DNA from: Kondoa subrosea
Lineage: Eukaryota
Reading direction: 5' to 3'
Length of the DNA: 22,916 nucleotides
NCBI GenBank assembly: GCA_039545335.1
Contig: BCIN01000002.1
Location: forward strand, 1,811,118-1,834,033
The position numbers and the translations under genes were made by a program. The notes beneath the pieces are model-generated. The model was not told the DNA's origin, did not search any database, and saw only the letters and a list, made by a program, of their open reading frames with translations. This document shows positions 14,344 to 22,916 of the stretch, one piece after another. Position 1 is the stretch's first letter. The number at the start of each line of letters is the position of its first letter.

Positions 14344-15242
14344 CTAAAGCAACTTCAGGTGTCCTGTGATCTGATTGATGAGTCTAACGGGAGCTGGTCC
14401 CACGCCTTTCCATTCTAAAGTCAAATTCAGGTGCGGAATCTCACATGCACTGACTGACCCAGAACTGTCCTCGAACCCGCGGCAATTTGCGTCCGGCCAC
14501 TATCAAGAAAGCATATCAGCGCATATTCAGGACAGAGATCTTTGCCTACGCATCCTGTATGCTTCTTGCACAAATCTGGAAACGTCTTCTCAGTAATTTT
14601 AGCGACAGAGTTTGCAGAAAACTCACGCCCAAGCTTGTCGCTTGTGCTTGCATCAACAGCAATTCATCTTCACTATCAGCTTTGACAGCAATTTTGGTTT
14701 GTCCGGTCCGCTCCCAGTGTCTCAAAAGACTTGGATTCGACTTGAGCAACGCTTTATAGCAGGCCAAAGTAGCGTGTCTAGACAAAGTCAGTCACACTTC
14801 ATCGTGCTACAAGATTGCATGTACGGACCCGCATTGTGCAGCGATTTTGCCTTTGGTCATACCAAGATCTTGACGAACAACAAGTATCTGCGACCGCGCT
14901 TAGTTTGCGCCTAATCTGATGAATCCAATTTTCGGTACGAGTTTGCATTCTTCCATCAGCGAAGCTTTCACGTTGCCCAGATCCTCGTCTGCTGGCTCGT
15001 CGCTTTCACTGTCAGAAGCAGATGAAGAATGCCCTTTGGGTTGCCGGCGGTTGACAGTGTCTGGATCTTGATCTGACAATGTTCCTCTCTGCAAGACTAT
15101 CGTTCTTGACAATCGAGAGATTAGAAGCAGAACTCACAGTGATGTTTAAAGTGCTGCCAATCGCATAAAAATAGCCAAGCAAGCATCCGCAACACAAGCC
15201 TGCTATCACGGCAGGCAGCTGATTGGAAGATGCTGTTGCCAT
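14344..15242 (-). CDS. PTH2: Peptidyl-tRNA hydrolase 2 with N-terminal membrane anchor; 6 predicted introns
   Basis: N-terminal hydrophobic segment (AVIAGLCCGCLLGYF), then [42 protein letters not shown] and IQDAGRTQIAAGSRTVLGVGPAP...ITGHLKLL*. Confidence 0.95.
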
Positions 15243-15427
15243 GAAGCGTGTTGTTTACGAATCAAGTCGGAACAACGCTGACGCTCGTATGGGAAAAAGA
15301 ACACATGAATTTTGAGCTATAGATCACAAGAGAGGGAATCAGTGCGAGCGACATCGACTTGAAGTATCAGGGCTTTCTGGCCATCATGTACATGCTTTGC
15401 CTTGTTATTTGAGCGCTGTTGTACAGT

Positions 15428-18400
15428 CTACACAGTATATCTGCCTGTAGCCTGACCAACGCCTTGTTGCCTTTGCTCTGCTTGCGCCAGACTGAGTGTA
15501 GCGTCAAAGAGGATGCGCTTAATGGACTGAATCGCCATTTTGACCTGTGTCGCGATTAGCTACCATCAAAAATGAAGAGGATCCACATACCCGTGCTTCG
15601 TCATTCGACTCAATGAGTAGATGCAATTTCGGCGGCTCGTCCCATGACGGCTCTTTGCCCTTGTCGTAAAAGACACCTTTGTTGGTAATAGAAGCTCCGG
15701 TTTCTTCGGTGAGAATCGACATTGTCTCCTTATTGGTGACCTTCCATCTCGCTTTCTGTGGGTAAAAAGCATTAGAAATGGTGTCTACTCTGATAAGGAA
15801 CGACAGTACCTGAGGAAAGTCATTGATGGGTACGATAGCGTGATAATCGGCTCCAGCTGCTTCACCCCGGTCATCGTGCATGCTATGCTCCTGTCTCTTC
15901 GCCCGCAGACTAACGTTGAGACTTGCGGCGACCAACTTGGCTTTCTCCATTGCGTTGAGTCCACTACAAGAGAATGAGCAGTGGTATCTCTTTCCTTACT
16001 TCGAGACTCACCTAGAATTGGCCAACGCTTCAGCTGCTTTGATAGCTTCTGGGGTCGGCTGGGTAGTAAGACCTCTTCGACTCGTATCTGGAGCTGGACC
16101 GCGACGGACTTCGACCGCAATATCAGGTACATTCGCAGGTGCCACTGCCTCTTCTCCTTCTTCCTCTTCTTTCTTGACTTCTTCCTCTCCGTAAGCTGAT
16201 CTCTCGGCGTTGCGGGTCGCTTCTCGCTCTTGATCAAAGCGATCCAATCCTTTACCGCCAAAGCCAGAGCCTGCAACTGATGCTTTGCCGGTCTTGACCT
16301 TCTCGAGGAAACCTTTAATCAAACATCAGCCTGCAAATGAGCTCAAAAAGACGCAACGCAACGCACCGTCCGACATCGACTTCAATTCAGCAGGCGGAAC
16401 GGCACCACTGGCAGTCATGGCTCTCAATAGATCCACAGCATATTTGTCCTGCTCGGGCGTGATAAAAGTGATGCATGTTCCTTTGTTGCCGGCTCTGCCT
16501 GTTCTTCCTGCTCGATGGACATAATCTTCCAGGTGATTTGGTGCATCGTAGTTTACTACCAACTTGAGTTGCTTCACATCCAGGCCACGGGCAGCTACAG
16601 AAGTTGCGATGACGACGGGAATAACACCCGCCTTGAAATCGGTCAAGACTTGATCTCGGTCTACTTGCTCTTTCCCGCCATGCAAAGATTGGCATGAGTA
16701 GTGGTTCTTTATGAGTTCTTTGAACAATTCATCGGCACTTTCTTGTCGATCAACGAAAACTAAGATCAGAGCTTCCGGATCATCATTGGAATAGCGACCC
16801 AGAATTTCCAGTAGCCGATTGAACTTCGTCTCTTCCTCGCGGACTTCAACAATCTGTTCAATTTCTGCCGCAACTACTGATCTTCCGCCGACGGTAATTT
16901 CCAAAGGTTTTTTGAGTATTTTCCGTGCAAGAGCTTCCATCTGTTTAGGAAACGTAGCGGAAAAGAGAACAGTCTGTCGGTCGGGTCTGATCTGATTGAT
17001 GATTTTTGTTACTTGCGGCTCAAAACCCATGTCAAACATTCGATCAGCCTCGTCCAAAACCAAGTAGGTGATACGTTTCATGCTGATGATCTTGCCTGAG
17101 TTAGTTGTAAGGAGTTCGATCATTCTGCCGGGCGTACAAACCACGATTTCAACACCTCGTTTGAGTTCTGCGATGTTGTCCTTCAATGGGGACCCGCCAT
17201 ATAAACAGGTAGCCTGTATTGCGGTATCATGTATATCTCGTCACAGTGATATTAACTGACGCACTCTTAGATTCAGTGCTTTCAGGAAAGGCTTGCATTC
17301 TTTATGGATTTGAGTAGCCAATTCTCTGGTCGGTGTCATGATCATGGCAATGGGACCTTCGAGTGCTTCAAGGGGCCGCTGGTCTTTGATGTGTCGGAAC
17401 AAAGGCAGAAGGAAGGCGATAGTCTTGCCTGAACCGGTTTTCGCTACACCAATTACGTCCCGGCCGGACATGATGGCTGGAATAGCTTGTGTTTGGATCG
17501 AAGTAGGAGCAGCATAATTGAGCTTTTTGATTTGATCGAGGCTACACGAAGACAGACAGACCATGAATATCATCTGACAACACACAAGCTGGACTCGTAC
17601 CAAACAGCTGGCAGACCACAGTAGCTCCACTTAGTCACTGGCTTTGGACAGTCTACGCCACGGATCTTGATCCCGTCAAGCTGTAAACGAAGATTGCTCG
17701 CATCTTCTTCGGACATTTCCTGAATTTCGGAAGGAGGGCTATAGAAAGCTTTACGGAACGGTTCGTAATCGATTTTCGAATGATCGACATTGATGACATC
17801 CTTCTTTTTCACTTTTTTGGCGGCCAAACTACACCCAGGGGATTAGTGCCGTTTGACGGAAAACTCTAATAGAGGAAATGCGTACGCCATGATATCCGCA
17901 GCATCGAGGCCTACTTTATCGAAATCATCATCTGCGGTTTTTGCGACTTCTTCGTCCCCGTCTTCGATGATGCCATCTACATCCATGGCGGACAGTTTTG
18001 TCCCACGGGTTTTGACAAGTTTTGTGTGATCTTCGGCATCAACTTTCTTGACTTCTTCCGAAACCTCTGACATAAACGCATCTAGTGGATCGACCTCCTC
18101 GTCGTCCGCGTCTGCTGAAATTAAGACTTCGGTTGCTACTTCTTCTTTTAACCTTTCCTTTTTCGCAACTGGCACTTCTGCCATTTCTGCATCTCCATTG
18201 ATGTCCTTTTTGGCATCTGTTGATGTTTCTTCGACTTCGAAACTTTCACCGTTACTCGCTGCATCGGCTCTTCTGCTCTCTTTCAGTAATGCACTTTCTC
18301 TGGCGGATTCGGCTCGAGCCTTTTCATCCATTCCCCCAGAATCGTGATCGTCGTCTCCTAGTGCTTCTTCTTCTTCTTCTTCCTCTTTAGTTCCTGAGTC

Positions 18401-19223
18401 ACCTGGAGCGAGCTCCTCCGTTAAGAGAGGCAGAGCCTCCGGCTTGAACATTGCAGGAGCTGATTCTTCATCATCCTCCATCAAGGACGCAGCGTTGACT
18501 CTTTTCAATTTGCCCTTTGTCCCGGAGCTAGGTGCAGGGTTTGAGCCAAGGGAGATAAATTGCTTGTTCGCTATTGGGAGGCCCAGCCTTGCAGAAACAC
18601 CAGCTGACTTGATTACTGGTGATGGTAATAGCATCAGCATGTATCTGTAACTCACTCAGCTGGCTGATCTTACCTTTCTTTGACTGAACAGAACCAGTCG
18701 GCGGAATAGAGTTGCTTGTAGTGGAAGAAGGAAGAGTTACAGCTGGACTAGCAGAGGAAGTAAGCCTTTCTGCAGCTTTCTTTGCCTTCCAAGCTTCTAA
18801 TCGTTCTCGCTTTTGCCTTTTCTTGAAATCATCTTCTGTTTCGCCCGGCAATTGTCCAGGAGCCAGTGTAGGCATGGCAGGGGAAGGCTGACGCAGAGCT
18901 GAGGCTGTACTGGATGGTGCTACAGCGCCATTGCGGGCAGGAGAGGAATCTTGAGGAATAGGTCGAGCAGGTTCAGGTGACTGATGCGGAAGTTTCCCTC
19001 TTCTATCCCTGTCCCTTGAGTCATCTCGTCTTCTTGAATGACGATCTTCCTCCCTTCGGCGCGATTCCCTGTCGTCGCCATCCTTGCGACTCGAAGTTCG
19101 ACTGTAAGAGGATCTACCTTCTCTGCTATCCCGTTTGTCAAAATCCCTGTCGCGAGGTCTTCCAGGTGAGGTCCGACGGCGCTTGGAGCTTGCATCAGGG
19201 CTGCGGTCTCTTTCTCTGCCCAT
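15428..19223 (-). CDS. PRP5: DEAD-box RNA helicase Prp5/Prp11/DDX46 (prespliceosome assembly); 8 predicted introns
   Basis: R/D/S-rich N-terminus, [15 protein letters not shown] motif, [10 protein letters not shown] (Q motif), [47 protein letters not shown], and a C-terminal KH-like region (INDFPQKARW) ending TGRYTV*. Confidence 0.96.
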
Positions 19224-19257
19224 TTCAATACGCTCTTGCGACGGTCGTTTTCGAACA
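19224..19257. promoter_or_regulatory. Putative bidirectional promoter interval between PRP5 and FUN14
   Basis: The divergent start codons at 19223 (-) and 19258 (+) are separated by 34 bp. Confidence 0.55.
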
Positions 19258-20046
19258 ATGACAATCCTCAAAATAGCTCCATTCTGTCCAGCCTTACGCT
19301 GTGCTGGTCGATCAGCAATCAGCCAACGACTTGTAAAACCGCAGGCTCATCTACTGGCTAGAGCATTCCGCTTTCAATACTCGAATGCCCATTCATCGAA
19401 AATTGGTCTGGGTATAGGCTTAGCCGGATTGTCAACAGCTGGACTGCTCTGGCAGCGACCAATACAGTGCGATACGGGAGAGGATATTCCAGAAAGCGAT
19501 CTCAGCATCCAGAACCTTGGTTTAGGTAGTGCTTATTCCACCCGATCTACTTGCCGCCGCCTAACGTAGAAAGCCCAGGCACTGCTGCTGGGATATGCTC
19601 AGGGGTGTTTGTAGCAAAAGGGCTCAAAGCAATAGCTTTCTTGCTCGGTGGTATCTTTGTGATTCTACAAGTTCGTTCTTATTCGTTCACGTCATCAGCT
19701 GAACCTTTGCTCAAGCTGCAGGACAGTACATGTCGTCACAATCCTTGCTGAAAACAAATTGGCGCTGTATGCCTCTACATGTCAATGCTCGAGGATTGTC
19801 ACTCATTATCTGTTTTAGCAATTGAATCAAAGTATGACGCGTTGATCGACAAGGCCGCTGGAGCTCCATCAGCTATAGGCCCAGCCTCGCACAGGGCTTC
19901 AGGCATAGTTTCTCGTTTCAGTAAGTATGCTCAGCGATCGCACTTGCCTCCATTTGACCTTTCGCGCAGCTGGCTTTTTGATGGCAGACTTTCCGCCACG
20001 TGCCACATTCCTGGCTGGGTTCTTACTCGGTCTGAGACTTGGCTAA
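19258..20046 (+). CDS. FUN14: FUN14/FUNDC-family mitochondrial membrane protein; 4 predicted introns
   Basis: A basic, acid-free presequence-like N-terminus is followed by QNLGLG|TAAGICSGVFVAKGLKAIAFLLGGIFVILQ|YMSSQSLLKTNW...FLMADFPPRATFLAGFLLGLRLG*, the typical FUN14 pattern. Confidence 0.9.
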
Positions 20047-20450
20047 TTGTAATGGAAGCCATACCATTACAGAAGTGATACTCTCTATGTCCCTCTCTTG
20101 AAGCCTTACCCCTGATCTTCCTCGACGGCGATATGGTTTCGTTTCTTGCGATTCTTGCTTCAGAGTCGAAAGCGACTCGCGCGATATGCCACGGGCGCAT
20201 CCCTATTTGCCTTTAAGTGCTGTTCAGTGCCTGCTGGGCTATGCAAGCCACTTCTTACCGGTTTGCCTGCCTCTCATATATTTTCGACTCAATTAGAGAT
20301 CTACCGCGCGTCAGGAAGATTACTCTGTACTACACTCAAGCAATCTCAACAGTTTCGCGAATTGGCTTGACGGGCATGCACTAAGTCCGCTATCCGGGTT
20401 CTTTAAGCGAAACGATTCATTCCACAAAGCGCCTGCAGGCCTGAACCGTC

Positions 20451-21096
20451 TCAAAGGGATCGCAGAACAATAAGGCCTTGTGTCGCGCGACAGCTCTGCA
20501 GACCAATATAGGTCTCTGTTTCATCCCAACTTTTGACTGATTGCAAAAGTCGAATTATCGGACAAGCCAGTCGAATGCCGTGTGTCTCGGCTGCGCTAAA
20601 GAAAGTATACTCACGAAAGTATGGTATGAAAGGAATCGAAAGCACAAAAGCTGAGAGTTTGAGAGTTCCGCTGCCGCGTGACAAGCGATGGCGCAATAAT
20701 ATGGGAACTAGGCCAAAAAGGTAGTTTGGCGCAGAAGATAGCGGGATAAAAGATGCCTGTGGTTTACAGCACAGCCCTATCAGTTTACATGTGCCTCCGA
20801 AGGTGACTGAGTGAGGTTGTAGCTGACAGCAATGGGCATCTGAAGGGCTAGACGGCCGGAGGGAAAGAATCTATACATGTGCTATAGATGAAGTAAGAGC
20901 TTCTCGCCAGCCGAGCAAATGCACACCTTCCACAATGAACTGCACGGGTCTCAAAAATCGTTTGTATGCAGCCAAGTGTTGCTAATGTCTCTACACTAAA
21001 GACTACACTGAAGAAGTCAAAAACACGACTCCAACGCCTGACAAGCGCGATGGGACACATCGGTTGGAAGAATCGCGTGACGTGTTCAGTTGACAT
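20451..21096 (-). CDS. Possible orphan spliced ORF (~146 aa, hydrophobic stretches); may be non-coding
   Basis: Exons 21096-20927, 20870-20828, 20756-20615 and 20536-20451 join in frame via GT-AG introns of 56, 71 and 78 nt. An upstream polypyrimidine-rich acceptor lies at 21111. No family recognised. Confidence 0.25.
20725..20779. repeat. Diverged direct repeat, copy A
   Basis: The core 20749-20779 (aaagatgcctgtggtttacagcacagcccta) matches 21781-21811 at 27/31 nt, with shared upstream tttggcgca and gggat. Confidence 0.8.
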
Positions 21097-21753
21097 TCGG
21101 TNAAGATAGCCTGTAGGAAGAAGGATGAGGAGAGAAAGTTAAAGAGTGTTGGGACGATCATTGACTGACATTACTTGGAGACAGCACAAATTAGGTTGAA
21201 AGCGCCACAAACGCTTTAATTATGGCTATATGAAGCTCAACAGAGCCTGCTAGCTGGCATTATGCAATCTTTTAGATGTATTACAAGCTTTTTGACAAGC
21301 GGCTAAGCACCCGAATAGTACTCATGTTTGCATCACCCGACCATATCTATTGTAAGTGTAACAATGGGAGCAGTGCAGGTGCAGGGACAGAAAAAAGTAC
21401 AATATATAATCGCTGGGATTGCAGGACAAAATGGTGAGAAAGCCAGAGAGGATTGTTAGAAATTCTTCTATTACACAAGAATTTGCAAGAATCATGACAA
21501 AACACAAACAATCTGCTCATCGTTACGGGTCCATCTCGATGAATCCTGAGTGGTCTGGTCCATCATCAGTGATCTCTTTTGTTCTGAAATTTCCAAAGTA
21601 ACAATTTCGTGATCGTGATCATTTCGAGGGCACCCAAGGACGATCGAGACTACAACTACACTAACACGTGTGATGGTTCCTACAAAAGGCATCATTCTTC
21701 ACTACACTAGTCCGTCAAACATTTCAACCTTATCAGTCAAAATAGTATTCCTT

Positions 21754-21811
21754 TTTGGCGCAAGTCATTGAGGGATCACGAAAGATACCTGTGATTAACG
21801 GCACAGCCCTA
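21754..21811. repeat. Diverged direct repeat, copy B
   Basis: The core 21781-21811 (aaagatacctgtgattaacggcacagcccta) is in the same orientation as copy A, 1032 bp downstream. Confidence 0.8.
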
Positions 21812-22916
21812 CCAACGTGACTTTCGTAAGACCTGAATCAACGATCTGAGCATAGCTCAAGTACAAAGTAAAGTATCGGAACAAACTTTAGTTCTGGCAG
21901 AACGGACTTCCCTCTTCGAAGAGAAATTACTTCTTTCTGCCTTGAATATCCGAGATGAGCAGATTCTTCAGCAAGACCATCGGAAAGCAAGCAAGAGCCA
22001 TCCTGCGAATTTTCGATTTTGCCAGCCAGTTGATTGATCTCACTAGAAAAACGTTTTAGTCTAATTTGGTTACGTTCAAGATTCCAAGGGGAACAGAAAC
22101 AATGTAGCGAGTAATGAATTTGCGAGACACACAATTGAGAAACAAATATGCTTTCATACCTTACTTTCTTCATGACCACAAGATGTTACAAAGATATTCC
22201 TTCGCAGCTCTAGCAGTTTAGCAACATTTGAGCAAAAGCGTCAGCGGGGGAAACATCAGCTGAGCCGCAGGACCAATACAAAGTAGCTGACATGCAAGTC
22301 TTCTGCAAGTCTTGAATAAGGACAGCTCGTGAGATAATAAATGAGCGGAATAATATTGATTCTACTTAGCTTCGCGAGAGCTTGAAAGAAGTAGAATGAA
22401 TTTCAGATCGCAATTTCAGATGCAGCAAAGCGGAACGCTATGATATCCAGTAACTTCCCGTCAGAAGCGTTATACAAGTTTGGTAGCAGTATCATTAAAG
22501 CAGTATCGATAGGATCGACACGTCACGGGCCAGAGAAGAGCAGAAACCCTGGAAATTGCAGTGGCCAAGGCATTATAAACTTGATCGCGATCTTATGAAT
22601 CTGGTAAAGATGTCATATTAACGATGCAAATCGACTGAAAGGCATGAAATAAATATCCTCGTGAGCATGAGAAAGCAGGATTTCGACAGAGGTAGGGGTG
22701 GTTTAATCTTGGCTGAGCTGAACAATCTCTGTGNAAAATACAAGCGCCAAGCATTTTCTACAGGAACAACACTCTCAAGGATGAGGCAGCCTCACTTTCA
22801 ACTACATCACCAAAAGCTGTGATTTTGACCAAATCAAAGTCAACTGTCAGAAGCTAGGCAAGACTTCTAGGCTTTTGTGCAGGCTTGTTGAAAGTCAATG
22901 GTCGTCAGAACTCTCT

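Noticed and set aside
18365..18382. (TTC)n microsatellite
   Set aside because: It encodes a poly-Glu tract in the acidic region of Prp5, which is ordinary low complexity.
20163..20178. Hairpin GAGTCG-AAAG-CGACTC downstream of FUN14
   Set aside because: A 6-bp stem is expected by chance, and intrinsic terminators do not apply to fungal Pol II genes.
20818..22297. Short match GTAGCTGACA(T)GCAA near 20818 and 22283
   Set aside because: Too short and without flanking similarity, so it cannot be distinguished from chance.
20047..22916. tRNA, 5S rRNA, snRNA, TPP riboswitch, pheromone precursor or transposase in the gene-poor end
   Set aside because: By eye I found no T-loop/cloverleaf, U1/U2/U6 or 5S signature, TPP core, repeated CAAX peptide, or RT/DDE motif. 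An Infernal/Rfam scan would be needed to exclude divergent ncRNAs.

Overview
This is eukaryotic, intron-rich fungal DNA. A compact basidiomycete yeast, probably Pucciniomycotina-like, is inferred from the ~50-70 nt introns, degenerate GT donors and protein sequences. I reconstructed ten tightly packed spliced genes by hand. In order: a Drs2-type P4-ATPase flippase (-, runs off the left edge); a vacuolar subtilisin (proteinase B-like, -); two tandem SRPK-family kinases (+; a divergent paralog, then a canonical Sky1/Dsk1); a small INO80E/Iec3-like coiled-coil gene absent from the ORF track (-); Mediator Med10 (-); Spf27/BCAS2 (+); Pth2 (-); the DEAD-box helicase Prp5/DDX46 (-); and Fun14/FUNDC (+). 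The last ~2.8 kb has no recognisable gene but holds a possible orphan spliced ORF and a diverged two-copy repeat with a CTGTG-N8-CACAG dyad. I found no rRNA, tRNA, CRISPR array or intact mobile element, and I cannot support a clearly novel multi-gene system. The best leads are the divergent tandem SRPK, start codons only 34 and 63 bp apart, 5-16 nt micro-exons at catalytic motifs, AAG/GAG splice acceptors, and the unexplained right end. All exon structures are manual predictions without transcript data.
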